Assembly: GCA_030248215.1 (NCBI GenBank)
Contig: JASANG010001881.1
Location: 62,001 to 126,000, forward strand
Reading direction: 5' to 3'
DNA: 64,000 nt
DNA from: Enoplolaimus lenunculus
Lineage: Eukaryota
Part shown: one piece after another, positions 13,211-26,693 of the stretch
Position numbering within the stretch: the stretch's first letter is position 1
How the letters are laid out: each line of letters begins with the position of its first letter
The notes under the pieces: model-generated
Database searches by the model: none
The model's input: only the letters and a program-made list of their open reading frames with translations
Told to the model about the DNA's origin: nothing
Made by a program: the position numbers and the translations under genes

Positions 13211-15956
13211 ATATATATTTATTATATATTATTATATAATATATAAATTCTAGTTGCGGATACAAAAACTTCTCATTGAAGAGGTCGTGCGAGCACCCAA
13301 ATATTAGAACGAAATCCAAACACAAAATTTTGATTTACATCTGTATTTACGGTACCTAAGCCTCGGCGACCCTTTGAATCTGACAACACCCAGGGCACAA
13401 CCAAAACTGGTTGAATATTAGCAGAATGATAATTGTTAGCCTAAGAAAACAAACGTATATGCTCATTTGAGAAAAAAATTATGTTTTGGTCCATTTTAAC
13501 CCACCTGACCGTTGCTAATTATTCATTGCCAGTGAGTGAGATATGAGTTAAACGTTCAAATTTTAAAATAAACGAACAAAAAGGTTACAATTAAAATTGA
13601 AAACTGTACTGAACACGCGACAGTCTAAAAGGCGTTTAGCATAATTGACTTTAGCGGGCAATTAATTTAGGGAAAATTTGACTAAATTACACTGTTTAAT
13701 TTATATTGGCGTCAGGATGACGATAATTCTGTAAAGATAAATGCATTTTATAATAATTGTTACAATTAATTCACACAATAATGGTTTTAGATCCGGGCCC
13801 TTGAGTGTCTGTAGTCATACGTTGCTCGAGCAATTCTGTAGTCAGCTCATCTTGCTAGGGGGGCTAAAAATTTCCAGGAGGGGCATTCAAGTGTTTTTAA
13901 TGAGTTACAAGCAAGGTTGAAAATTTTCTAGGGGGGAATTTTTTCAGAGCCCCATTGGGCCTCCCTTGGCTACGGGTCCGTCCTTGAACCTATGGTAAAA
14001 TTATTTGAATAACTGAAATCTCCAGTTGAACTGGAAGAATTTAGTTAACACCATAAGGTGGGAGGGATATTAACTGATACTTTTCGACTAAGTCGTACTT
14101 TTCAGGTATTTTTGATTTCACTTCTACAAATGGTAGGTTAACTCCATACTATCTTATTAGCAATTTCGTGCAAATGCTTACTGAAATCTTCAATCCATTC
14201 AATGCCACAGAAAATTTCAACTTAGTCTGCTGCCCATTTTGGTCTTTTGACCACTTAAAATCACCCTGGGGGCGGAGTGAATTTTAGTTATCACCCTGAA
14301 ATGGGAGGAATTTCACAATGTCTTATAGGGATATGATTTAGTCGATGTGAAATTTTAATTAAAAAATTTCTAATTTTAAAAACAAAGCTGTATATATATA
14401 CATATATATGTATGTATATATAAACATTAGCTACAAACGTAGCGAAATGTGCTAAAATCTACAAGTAATTTAATTGGTTGTCTTAACCAAAATTCTAAGA
14501 CGCCCACAACAGTGATGTAAAGTCAATTTTGCACTTCTTTATATTAACTTAATTTCACACCTTTCGCCTTCAAGAAAATGACCAATTTTCGACGAAATGT
14601 CTGAAGTGTAATTATAAAATATGCGAGTTGCTCGTACGCTGCAATCAATTATTTAAACGGAAATTCAAGCGAAAATTTTAAGAAATTTTGATACCTTAAC
14701 ATTTTACAGTGAAATTATTATTATTAATTTTAAAAGCAGACAAATTTTATGGTCAGAAAAATTTATATGACGTTTAATTACTTAGCTACTAATATATGTA
14801 AATATGGACAGGGGCGTGTGCAAATCGGAGTACAGAAAGACAGTTCCATGAAATTTTTAAAAGGAAAAACAGGCATCTTTAGATGCTTTGGGTGGGGCTA
14901 TAGTTTCGACGGCGTCCGTCGCCATTCAGGGTCGTCTCGTGCCGTCCGACACTGTATCGCAACGCAAGTGTCTATATTGCCGCATGGCACAGGACATCAA
15001 ATTTGTAAACAAAAGTTTTTTGACCTGCGTTGCACTACACTGCAAAAAATGGCAAATCAAATTGACTCTATCCGAAACTGGTTCTACGGGACTACACAAA
15101 CTGAGTCAAATTCATCTCCGTAAGAGTCAAGCATGCGATTAAGTGAGTCAAATTTGACTCTGGTGGAGCCGAATTTGACTCATTTTGTATAGTACCTTAG
15201 AGCCTATTTCGGAGAGAGTCAATTTGATTCACCATTTTTGCAGTGTAGAGCTAAAACAATATCGTAAGTTTTTAAATGAGGTTATGCCATCCCGAAATCA
15301 AATATTAACCTGCGCGTTTCTAAGCTTAGGCCATAAACGTCGTGGGCTGATGTAAAGATCAGGGGCGGAACGTTTTTCTGTGGGACTGCAACAGAGTAAA
15401 CTTAAGCTTTAGACTAATTTTAGGCTTAGGAATGTGCTCATTCTTACGTTTAGGCGTAGGCTTATGCTTAACTTAAGCTTAGGAATATGCTTATAATACT
15501 GTTCCATCCCTGTTCTTTACATTGCTACGTCGTTTATAATTGTAATTGTGCGATAAGTCAAATTTACTGTAATTTTCGTTTTTAATAACAGTAAATTTGG
15601 ACCCCCAGAGTGTTCCACATAAATGTTGATTTTAAGATATATTTGTACATTTTGAATTAAAAATTTTGAAGTAAAAAGTGGCCGGAGTAACAAATTTTGA
15701 AGCGTATCCGGTAGCAACGGTTTTTATTGACTTTACAAGCAAGGTTGAAAATTTTCTAGGTGTTGGAAAAATTTCTCCAGGGTGGACTAAGCCCCCTCTC
15801 TGGCTACAGATCGTTTTGAACAAAAAACTGGCTGGGTAGAGTTAGCGAAATTGACGCGAAAATGAACTCTAATAGGTATAAGGTTCGTTAGCGGTTTTCG
15901 TGTCAATTTATAAACTAAGCTTATACGTTAAGCGTTATTTGACTAATAATTATATA

Positions 15957-16316
15957 TGTCGTAGCCCAAATCGTGATTTAGTCCAATTCCGAACTGGGAT
16001 AAACCCACTGCATAATTGTTTCAATGCGACAAGTGCACGCCTTGTAATTGGTTACTACCTTAATGCCGTATTCAAAGACGATTGGCTGATGCGAATACTC
16101 TCTTCTGATTGTCTAATTGATCGCCGCCTATTGGTTAGCAAACATTTTGCTTTACTGATCAAAGTAAATCAAGCAGGATTACGACTATCAAGTAACCAAT
16201 CAGAAAACGCACAGCTTTATCAGACATGATTCCGCCTTGGGCTAGTCCAGGTCGTAATTACGCTTTGGACTAACACAATTCGGGATTTGGCTGAATTACG
16301 ACTTGGGCTACGATGT
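15957..16316. mobile_element. TIR element with ~38-bp imperfect inverted ends in TA context
   Basis: TGTCGTAGCCCAAATCGTGATTTAGTCCAATTCCGAA ... TTCGGGATTTGGCTGAATTACGACTTGGGCTACGATG. Confidence 0.55.
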
Positions 16317-16500
16317 ATATACAAAGAAAAAATTAAACTATACGGTAAACCATCAAAATCGGACCATTTTGTGCCAAATTGCAGCAGCCAATGACAATAA
16401 ACAACTGAACGGTTGGTATGAAAATTTTCCTTAATCATTTTTATCGTTTATCCTACCAACTTTTCGCCTACGTTTAAAGCAAGAAAGCGCGATATGGACA

Positions 16501-16671
16501 CATGCCCGTAGCCAGCTCACCGCTCACCTTGCTAGGGGGAGCTAAAAGTTTTTCAGGAGGAGCATTCAATGATTTTCAATGAGTTACAAGCAAGGTTGAA
16601 AATTTCCTACGGTGGCCAAAGCTTTTCCAGGGGATGCTGAGCCCCCCTGCCCCCCCTTGGCTACGGGCCCG
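16501..16671. mobile_element. Short CCCGTAGCCAG...TGGCTACGGG MITE family (copies ~4550-4705, 4955-5065, 13836-13980, 15706-15808, 60001-60153)
   Basis: Inverted termini and a shared core TGAGTTACAAGCAAGGTTGAAAATTTTCTAG. Confidence 0.65.
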
Positions 16672-19231
16672 TATGGGCGGCTACTTGTTTACTTGTTTCT
16701 ACAAACAGTTCCTACTCACAGATAATGGCAGTTACTAAAACAAGCCGAGGCTTTGGCTTATACGTAGGCTTAGTAACAATTTTGGCTTTCTATCAAATTT
16801 AACACCGTAAGAAGTAAACAAGTATCGATTGGTATGCAAAATTGAAAAACAGGTCAACTCGGAATGTACCGGTTGAAATTGGTGAACCGGAAGTTTACAG
16901 ACGATACCTGATACGATTCATTTATATTTAAAATTTGAAGCTCATTTATATGATTTTGTTGTTATGTTTGTTGTTGCTTGTTGGGCTGTCAATCAAACTG
17001 AAACAGGCGTTTCCTGGTTAATAATTATTGTTTTGATCACTAGTTAATTATTTGTTTTATTATGTTATTATATATATAAATATATATAAATATATATATA
17101 AATATATATACATACATATATATATATATTATCAGAGTCCGACCAGATATCCGGCTCCGGCTCAGGCAAAAACTCGATATCCGGCTCCGGCTTAGGCAAA
17201 AACTCGATATCCGGCTCCGGTACTTTGAACTTGTCGGATATTATTTTTAAAAAACTTCAAAAATTGAAACCAATATTTGTTTTTATGCCACGTACCATCG
17301 AACTGATTGACTTACTACTTTAACACATTTTTTCTGTCATACATGTAATGTAAATGTTTGCATGTGATCGTGTAAAGTTCACAATTTTTACTGGCTAACA
17401 ATAACGCTGGAAAACCAAATATCGATGATGAGTGATATTCTAGGGGCGTAGCAGAATATTTCACAGCATATTTCTATTATTCCTAAGGCTAAGCGTAAAC
17501 TTGAGCGTAAAAATTGGTCTATAACTAAGTCTAAGAATAAGCAAAAATAACAGCTTTAATCCGAGCCAGAGAATGGGCAGAGACCAGCCATGAAGAGTCT
17601 CGGTCTCGGTCATAAAATTTTCAAAATAAATTATTTCGAATGCTTTTTTCGTAGTTTTTTTGTGTGTTTTCAGAATATCTGCTAAAATTATTGCGTAATT
17701 ATAAAAATTCATAGATTCTTTGCGAAATTTTATTCATCAGGGATTACACCTGCTCCAGCAATATTAACTTCTGCTTTTTACAGGTCTACCAGCATTTCTT
17801 GAATGCTCGACTTCTAGTGTCGGTTCCAAAACACCGCGACTCAAAAAAACCAAAGATTTGCCAAATACCGAGACTTGCGGATACTGGGACTGAGACTCCC
17901 ATCCCTGATTTTAGTCACCTTTGACCTACAAAAAGCTGGATGCCCGTAAAAGTAATATGAGCCAAACGAATATTGCAACTGGACGCAACGCTACAAAAAC
18001 ATACAATAGTATAATATGGGTCGTTGTTAAAGTGTTAAAAATGCATTGGTGTGAAATGTTAAACTTTGTAACGTAAATACGTTGTGTACCTTAAGCCATG
18101 GGAAGAAAAATCGTAAGCTACGTTCTGATATCTGAATGCAATCTAGTATTAGATTTATTCATTATCCGGCTCTGGCTTCGTCAGTTTTTGGTTCTCAATC
18201 GCACCCCGATATATATATAAATATATATGAGTGTATGTATGTATATATATCCACATATATTGTATTTGAAACGCTACGATACGTAATTTTAGCATCTTTC
18301 GGGTTCATTCTATTGCTGCTACCTTACAGGACATAGGGAGACAAGAGCGTTTCGAGTGGTATGCCATGATGCAAATGACTTGCAATCAGGGCTAAAATAT
18401 TTGAAAGGGGCTCTGAGCCCATCCCCTTTGTTCGCCTCTAGTCCCGATTTGCACAATTATCAGCAACAACATATACCTAATGAGACTATTGTTGCAACCA
18501 ACATGGCCCATATACCTCGTCCAACATCTTCGGGGCGGCAAATATTCCATGGGATACTGCATGCTTAATTCCACTGCGTCAGTCTAGGTAGAAACCGGGA
18601 CATCAGACCTTTTCTACTAAGCAGCTGGAAAAGCGGGCCTCCAGCGGGGATCGAACTCTCCACTGCGCCACACAGCCCGCCTCTGTAACTGCACTTTTCG
18701 TCGACTATATGTCTTGACCGTATGCTGCCAGCAAGCATACTACACAATGTGCATTGCGTATATATTGCATATGCACCAGGACAAGCATGTCTCAGATGCT
18801 TACAAACAGTATTGCTAGGATAAAACAGCCTGGAACAGGTCACAAAATTAACCGCTGATCCCGACGTTCACATTCGCGTTAGCAAATAAAAATCTAAAAT
18901 TGCTTGCACGTGTGAATACGGCGTTTATATTCAATCAAAATTTCCGTGTTGTCAAATGTCGAAAAATTTTGTACAAAATTTAAGTGACTCATAAACAAAC
19001 GAAACTGGATGATGAGACGCTGACAGTTTTAAAATGACAAAGGTCAGGTTTTCTGTCAAATTTCATTTTTCGATATTTCGGTTCAAAGGTGTATCCTGTC
19101 GCTTGCTGTCAATTATTAACTCCGCCCTTTTAAATAATTTCAGAGAACATAAAAATTTCTCTGAACAGTTTTGTGTCGTAAATTTTTGAGTCTTTTTTGT
19201 CAAATTTTTGCTATTATTTCTTTTAATTCAT

Positions 19232-19582
19232 TTTTCAAATTTGTTAACTTTGAAAATCTTTCTTTTAATTTCAAATTTGTTAACTTTGAAACTCTTTCTT
19301 TTAACTTCAAATTTGTTAACTTTGAAAATATTTCTTTTTATTTCAAATTTGTTAACTTTGAAAACATTTTTTTAAATTGCAAATTTGTTAACTTTGAATG
19401 TATTTCTTTTAACTTCAAATTTGTTAACTTTGAATATATTTCTTTTTATTTCAAATTTGTTAACTTTGAATATATTTCTTTTAATTTCAAATTTGTTAAC
19501 TTTGAATGTATTTCTTTTAACTTCAAATTTGTTAACTTTGAATATATTTCTTTTTATTTCAAATTTGTTAACTTTGAATATA
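19232..19582. repeat. 36-bp AT-rich minisatellite, ~10 copies
   Basis: Unit TTCAAATTTGTTAACTTTGAA-N4-TTTCTTTT-N3. Confidence 0.9.
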
Positions 19583-19846
19583 ATTTGAACGAATTGAAAG
19601 CGTTGTTTTATAATTAATAAATTGTCAAAATAAAATTTGTGTCCAGACACAAATTTAAAAGTTTCGCGTAAGCCACGATTAAAGTTACTGCTTAGCGAGT
19701 TTCCCCAGCCGAATTTTCAAATTTGTCCACAACATCTAACGCTTACAGTTTGTGATACGTTTGCAAACACCATTACCTTAGCGGCAAGTAATAATTCAAA
19801 ACAATTTTCATCGCAATTGTGACAAAATTCAAAACTCAAAAAAATT

Positions 19847-20043
19847 GGCCCATGTAAAGATCCGGTGCGGAACGTTTTTTCAGTGGGACTGCAATAGAGT
19901 AAGCTTAAGCTTTAGACTAATTTTTTGCTTGGCTTAGGCTTAAGTTTTGGCTTAGGAATATGCTCACACTTACGCTTAGGCTTAGGCTTAGGCTTAGGAA
20001 TATACGTATAAATACTGTTCCGCCCTTGTTCTTTACATTGGCC
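19847..20043 (+). mobile_element. TTAGGC-carrying MITE, subfamily A
   Basis: Both TIRs present. TSD AAAAAATT/AAAAAACT. Confidence 0.8.
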
Positions 20044-21088
20044 AAAAAACTAAAGGCTTCATAACCTTGATCGAAACACTACCATTAATGTCGGTTTAAA
20101 TTCACAAAAGCGTTTTGTGTTTTTGACACGATTGCTCAAATGAAAAAGTCTTACCTGAACTCTTTAAACGGTAACTTGTTCACGTTCCAATTCACATTGG
20201 CCAATTCAAGTATTATTAATGTTTGCTTAATCGTTGGAGTTGCTGGATACCGTTTAAAAACTTTAAATATTTACTTGAAATATAAATAAAATATGTTTTT
20301 GCAGTTTTAAATAATAAAATAACATTTATTTTGATTATAAAACTGATATTTTCAAATCGACAGCTGCTTTCATGGTAAATGATTTACCTTCCACCCAAAA
20401 AAAACTTCTCCGAACAAAATAATTGGACTAATAAAATAGCTTAAGGTTTAGGCTTATACTGCAAAGAAATGGTTAGTCAAATTGATTCTGAAATAGGCTT
20501 TTACGGACTACACAAACTGAGACAAAATCGACTCCGCCAGATTCGGAAATAGTCAATTTGACTGACCATTGTTTTAGTGTAGATTTAGTATCACGCTTAG
20601 GTACAGGTGTCCAGGCTCAGCCTATAGCCTTAGCCTTATCCTATTAGTCTAAGATTAAGCTTAGAAAAATATTGAACAGTAGTGTGGCTAAACGTTAGCA
20701 CTATCAAATTATCACTAACAAAGTGCCGCTGTCTTGAATAAATAAGGTAGAAAACTTGTCAAAATTGTCAAATGTGTATGTTTAGCTATCACCAGTTAGT
20801 ATATATAGGTTTTCAAACACACCAAACTATTGCAGTTGTTGAACTCAAAATTGGCACAGAAGTTGAGTAAATTGCATGTGAAAAATGTGCTGAATGTTGA
20901 GCATCAGCATTCACTGGTTCGAAAGTTACACGATCTATCACCAGCTGGTAATAAATGCTATTCACATTTTAGAATACGGGCCAAGATTAACAAAATAAAA
21001 ATATAACTGATACAAAATGACCTCAGAAACGAAATCTTTAACATAAATTAAAGTTTATATTTTACGAAACAAACAAATAAAATCAAGA

Positions 21089-21397
21089 GCGGATGATCTT
21101 AAACGAGAGTGCGCAACTAAAACTGGGCGGTGAATGGTACAAAATGTACCAGGACGCGTTGCGTTTTCGCCTTACCTCCCTTGTTTAGGGGGGTCGATTT
21201 CAGCTTTAATGCACACCATATTGCTTCGAACACTTACGAATATAAACGGAGTATGTATGAACATATGGGAATGCAACATATTTATGTTTACTGAAAATTT
21301 TGACCCCCCACCAAAATGGGAGGGTCGGCCAAAAATGCAACGCGTGCCGGGTAGATTCTGTTCTACGCAGAATGTGCCCAGTTGCATACTCTTGTTA
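21089..21397. mobile_element. Dispersed ~300-bp TIR element (GAGTRYGCAACT ends, TTAA-flanked); inverted copy 57371-57685, relatives ~11475-11755 and ~44600-44715
   Basis: Near-identical sequence in opposite orientations 36 kb apart; the same spurious ORF is predicted in both copies. Confidence 0.7.
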
Positions 21398-22299
21398 AAA
21401 GTATCATGTACTCTTGATAAAATCAGCATCAAAATTTCAATTTAACCTCAAATCTTTATTGTAAAATCTGAATATCTCCAAAATTGCACAAAATGGCTAG
21501 TTTTTTTTAACTAAAACATTAAAATATAAGGCTGATTGTAGCAGTAAGAAGCAGTACGAACCGCAGCAATAGACGTAGTATGGCTGGTATTTTACGTTCA
21601 CAAAGATTTTATTACATTGAACGATATTCGATATGTCTCAATCGAACTTTTAGAAAACCCAACACACTGGATATTGATGTGGTGCCCCGAAACCCGTTCG
21701 AATGAGAATTTAGACACCCGATCATGCTAATATATACAAACATATATACATATACATAATGCATATACACATTATATATATTTACATATATGTATACGAA
21801 GGATATATTTAGGTATGTGTACAATATATCATATATATATAATATAGTTGACGGATGAAATATCAGTAGACCCCTTGAAATCGGAGCCGATGCTCAGTGA
21901 TGCCGTTGCGTTTTCTGCTGCCCGTCGTTAGACCGGATCTGTCTTTATTATGCGAAACATCGTATATGAACCAGTCTCTATATTTTATGCGATCTCGGAT
22001 ATCGCTTCGGTTGTATACGTTTTGCTTGCTTCAAACTGCATTTTAATATATATATATATATGCGTAAATAAAATGTATATAATTTATATATATTTGTAAA
22101 AATGTTATTAGAATAATAATTATTATAAATAGTATGATTATTATATAACAAATATTAATTATTATTATTATTATTATAATTAATATTAATACTATTACTA
22201 TTAATAGTATTTTGTTATTAATATTGTTATTATTATTATTATTATTATTAATATTAATACCATTATTATTATTTTGTTACTATTATTATTATTATTATA

Positions 22300-22300
22300 G

Positions 22301-22350
<50 letters not shown>

Positions 22351-23113
22351 GATCATTCATCAAGCCGCCTCAAGATAAGCTTGAGCAGCGGCACCGATGC
22401 GGACGGGTTGGTAGTTAGTTCCACCATACTGCGTCCCATATTCGTGCTATTTCTCTCGTATCGTAGTTGTGGGCATTGTGTCCAAAGATGTTTACTAGTT
22501 TCTTCTCCGTTGCTGCATAGTCGACAGAGATTAGATTCCGCTTTACCGATCATATGTTGCCAGTGTCTTATAGCGGTGTGGTGTCCCGATCTGAATCGGG
22601 CCAGGTCAGTGGCCTCCTTCCGCGATAAGTTGTCTTCAGCGCTACGGTTTATTCCCTGTCCGTATGTTTCTCGAACTTCGGCGTGTTGTATGATGTCTGT
22701 TTGGCATGCACTACGGATTTCTTTGAGCTTGTTCGATGTTGACATGTGCTGCGGTGGCTGTGGTAGGTTTATCGCGGCTTGAGCCCGTCTGTGTGCCTTG
22801 TCCGCGCCATCAAGGTGGGCAGCTTTGGGCATCCATATGACATTTATTCTCTTGCCGTTGTTCGTCGCTGCTCTGCTCATGTGGCGCAATACACTGCCGG
22901 ATTGATGTTTGGCAGTCAGACTGCGGGCACAGGCTTTGCTATCAGTGACGATAGTGAACCGGTTCCACTGTTCGTTTCCCTTGATCCAATCTACGGCTTT
23001 TTGGGCGGCTGTACATTCAGCTATTGTTGCGTCTGTGCATGCGCTGACTGCTACTGCACCATCGGCTATTGTTGTTCCTTGCATCGTTGCCACCCATCCA
23101 GCTCCTCCTGCTT
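22300..23113 (-). mobile_element. 5'-truncated non-LTR retrotransposon (I-group-like): degenerate RNase H, CCHC knuckle and (CAA)n tail
   Basis: ORF 22353-23093 reads GAGWV...AECTAA.KA...IVTDSK...INVIWMP (RNase H) and then LARFRSGH...CRLC...ETSKHLWTQCP (LINE ORF2 C-terminal CCHC). The stop is followed after 2 nt by ~17 CAA units (plus-strand GTT, 22300-22350). The element is flanked on both sides by (TAT)n. Confidence 0.85.
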
Positions 23114-23117
23114 GTTA

Positions 23118-23148
<31 letters not shown>

Positions 23149-23937
23149 AAAACTAAAACAAAAAGTTGCAGTTTTACTTTCATGACAACGATTTAGTCAA
23201 AGTATATTGGTTGTTCTCGCCTTGCAGTCTGTTTTATGTTAACTTTTTTTCGATTCTGTTTTAGACAAAACGTTTAACGAACGTTCGTATTGCGAAACTT
23301 TGATAACATAGGTTAATTGTTGAGTATCAGTAAAATTAGCGTTCATACGTGCACACAATTGCACCTGCGCTTTGCCCTTGCAGAAACCGCCACGGTCGTT
23401 GCCAAGGGTGGTGGTATTAAGGGTCAAACCCACTTTGGCAACTTGTAAGGGGGTTCTTAGATAGTTTTTCAGGTTTTGACTGCCCTTTGAAATTTTCATA
23501 GACTGGAACACTTTACTATCAAAAATCACGGCTATGTGTACGGGTTGCGCTATTACTTGACGTCCTGCAACGTCCGTCACTGCGCGTCATCCGGAGTCCG
23601 GCACCCGTACGGCGCAGTCCGTCAGCGTCCGTCATAATACGTTGTCGTACGTGAGTTATTTGCGCACCATACCGCATGATGACGAATGGCACCGTACGGG
23701 TGATGAACGGCGCCGCACGTCAAAAAAAGTATATCGCGCGTCCGTCATAATACGTTGTCGTACGTGAGTTATTTGCGCACCATACCGCATGATGACGAAT
23801 GGCACCGTACGGGTGATGAACGGCGCCGCACGTCAAAAAAAGTATAGCGCAACCCTATAGGTACAGGCGATATACCTGTGGAAAAAATATTCAGTTTTAA
23901 TTTGAATTTTGACAAAAAAAATCGGTGAAATAAGTTA

Positions 23938-24215
23938 AGCCCTATTCACACGTGCAATTTTTTGCTGTGAGAACTTGTAGTTGCAACAACTTGCACTTGC
24001 AAGTTTTGTCCGAAATCCCGGTCGAAAAACTTGCACCTGCAAATAATTCTTTAAAAATCAAAGCTAGAAATTTAGTTCACATGTGTGAACAACCATGCAA
24101 TTTCAATGAATTTATTGCACCCGCTTTCTCATTGGCTGATGAAAGAATGCAAGTTCTGCGTGCAATTTGCAGCTGCAAATTCTCGCAGCAAAAACTTGCA
24201 CGTGTGAATAGGCCT
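23938..24215. mobile_element. Harbinger-like MITE (TTA TSD)
   Basis: TTA|AGCCCTATTCACACGTGCAA...TTGCACGTGTGAATAGGCCT|TTA. Confidence 0.7.
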
Positions 24216-25530
24216 TTACAAATGAACGTTAGGCATAGGGGTGCACAACAGTGTCCGTTGAATTTGTTCAAGCTTATTTGAAACAATTGCAGCTGCAAGC
24301 TTTATGAACGTAATTATTAAACAAATATTGCAATTTGCAAGCCATCGCTGCAAAATGTGCCGCATTAGAACGTTTTTAGCGGAAAATGCCTATGAAAAAT
24401 GCAAACAATGTCAACGTTTCAAATCTTGACCCATGGCTTGTCTTAATATACCGCACCCAAAATCTAAACTTGAGCCTAAGCCTAAATCTTAAAGTCATTT
24501 ATCTCCCCCAGTCTTTGTGTTCAATATACGCAAGCCCGGTATTGATAGAGTTGCCATAAGGTTTATGCAATTTGCTAATTTTTTCTGTACAGAGCGTAAA
24601 TTATAGCTTGAAGTATATCGAAGATTATTCAATAATAAAATTGCAGTTGCAAGTTCGCAAAAAGAACAAGCATACAGAGAAGATCTTAGATTTCAAACAA
24701 TTCGCTTTTTAATACGTTAAACGTCTTTGATATTATGAATTTTCTAAATGTCAATTAGCCAATCCCTTTACGAATCGTAATTCGTTTATCGGCCAGCCAA
24801 TTAAATAAGTTCGGGGTCAGCTCAGATTTGTAAAATTTCACATTTTAATACCTTAAAGGTCTTATATATTAGAAATTTTCTAAATTTTAATTAGCCAATC
24901 CCTTTACGATTCGTAATTCGTTTATCGACCAATTGAATAAGTTTGTGGTAAGTCGAATACGCCTGCCCAGCAAACACAGCAACAAGCCAACGATTGTCAA
25001 AGTCGACGCATGTAGAAAATAGTTTGGATCATGTATAGAACACGACCGAATCGTTTTCCTGCGGCGATGTAACAGAGTCAGATTAAGCTTTAGACTAAGG
25101 TCTAGGCTTTGACTTTAGGCTTAGGAATATGCTTATTTTTGCGCGTACGTTTAGGCTTAGGAATATGCTTATACTACTGATCCGACCTTGTTTTATACAT
25201 GGACCAATATTCTTATCCTTTTGCAAGAATGTTCCCCGGTTTGCGGTTTTCAACCTTCGACCTATCAAAGTAGCCAAAATAGCCGATTTGCGTAACCGAA
25301 AATCTAAGTGGCCTAATTCAGACACAAAATAATTTTGAGATATTTCTATACCGAAACCCTAATACAAGTTGTATACCATCGAAAACTTACTTCTATATCG
25401 TTTTCTAAAAACCGCTATTCGCTGCATGCATTTTGTGAGTATACGCGGTGTAGCTTGTGAATGTGCAGAGTGTGTAATGTTAAGACATACATACTCGAGT
25501 ACATATACCACCAGAGAAAATTATGACATT

Positions 25531-25605
25531 GGCCATGCGGTGTAATGGGTAGCGCGCGCTTTACTCGCGAGCGGGAGGTCCGAGGTTCGATTCCCGGTGT
25601 GGCCA
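25531..25605 (+). pseudogene. tRNA-like sequence (CGC at the anticodon position); tRNA pseudogene or SINE head
   Basis: The acceptor stem GGCCATG/TGTGGCC pairs, and an A-box and B-box (GGTTCGATTCC) are present. The anticodon stem CTTTA/GCGGG and the T stem are mispaired. Confidence 0.6.
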
Positions 25606-26533
25606 TATGTTTCGGAAAATTTATGGACAATCATGTATATTCATAGTACTTCGAGGAAAGGTGTCGCCCTTACCGTGCAGTTCTGACACATTTCACGTTG
25701 GCTACGCCATAAGTACACGCAAAACAGTCACTGTGCGAGCCCCCGGCGTACGGCTACTTTCGAACCTGTTTCGGCGCAATGCAGAAATAGCGTCGAATTT
25801 GAAATTTAAAAGCGTACAAATGTAAGATACCACAAATTTCAACTAAACTGCACGAACGCAAAAAAAAGACATATATGTATACAAAAACACGGATCCGATT
25901 TACTTAAACTGGACCAACACGTGGGCACAGCTCCGAGCAGCTCGACCCGTTAAGGACCGCGTGTCCTAGATTTGGGTTGATGCCCTGCAAGTGCACGGCT
26001 CAGGCTCGCACGCCATGCCAAGTGCACGTTTCAACCGTTCCTTGGTTCCTTAAAAGGGGTTGAAATCAAAATTTTGTATTAAGATCTAGCATTAAACTTT
26101 AGTTTACCTTTTCGCTTCGCTCGACCCTTCTGTCAAACTGGATCCGCCACTTTTAGGAACGTAATTTTAGACGATTTTGAACAAAACTGCTTTGGATTTG
26201 AATATGCGGTAAAATATTAATGTTTAATATCAATAATTTTGACTTATTTTTGGAATTCTGTGGATATTAAATATCCTCTTTAAGACACGAATTTAGGCAG
26301 AGATTTTTTAAATTCAAAATAGCATGAAAAGTTTTTACGCTGTAGTGATTGATATTTATTTTCCCTCTCCAGAACATACCATTTGATAGCCGGTTACGGA
26401 CTGTTATTTATTTTTAATCCAATCCATGTTCGTTAGACCCAACACTCAACGATTTTAAATGAAATCTTTGAATGAACCGTAGTAACATTGCAAAACACTG
26501 CTGTTACGATCTTTGCTGATAAATAAAATTTAT

Positions 26534-26693
26534 GGCCAATGTATAGAACTGTTCCGTAATACATTCCAAAGCCTAAGTCTAAGCGTAAGAATGAGCATAT
26601 TCCTAAGCCTAAGCTAAAAAATAGTCTAAAGCTTAATCTTACTCTATTGCAGTCCCACAGAAAAAAGTTCCTCGCCTGATCTTTACATTTGCC
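26534..26693 (-). mobile_element. TTAGGC-carrying MITE, subfamily A (reverse); further copies at ~7362-7544, 15345-15526, 25026-25205, 42453-42549, 47515-47650, 51578-51671, 55455-55620, 58975-59140, 59307-59470, 61472-61678
   Basis: GGCCAATGT...GCCTAA repeats...TAGTCTAAAGCTTAA...CTGATCTTTACAT; the shared core is recognisable in each listed copy. Confidence 0.75.

Noticed and set aside
18330..18568. Possible terminal exon or retroelement remnant
   Set aside because: No recognisable motif and no partner exons found.
19171..19650. CRISPR-like array or repeat protein (FKFVNFE ORFs)
   Set aside because: The intervening segments are near-identical rather than unique spacers, there are no cas genes and the context is eukaryotic. 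The ORFs are a by-product of a 36-bp period.
21134..21445. Duplicated small gene (MVQNVP... also at 57371-57634)
   Set aside because: Both lie within copies of a TIR element, and stop positions differ between copies.
25531..25605. Functional tRNA-Ala(CGC)
   Set aside because: The anticodon and T stems are mispaired, so it is reported as a pseudogene or SINE head.
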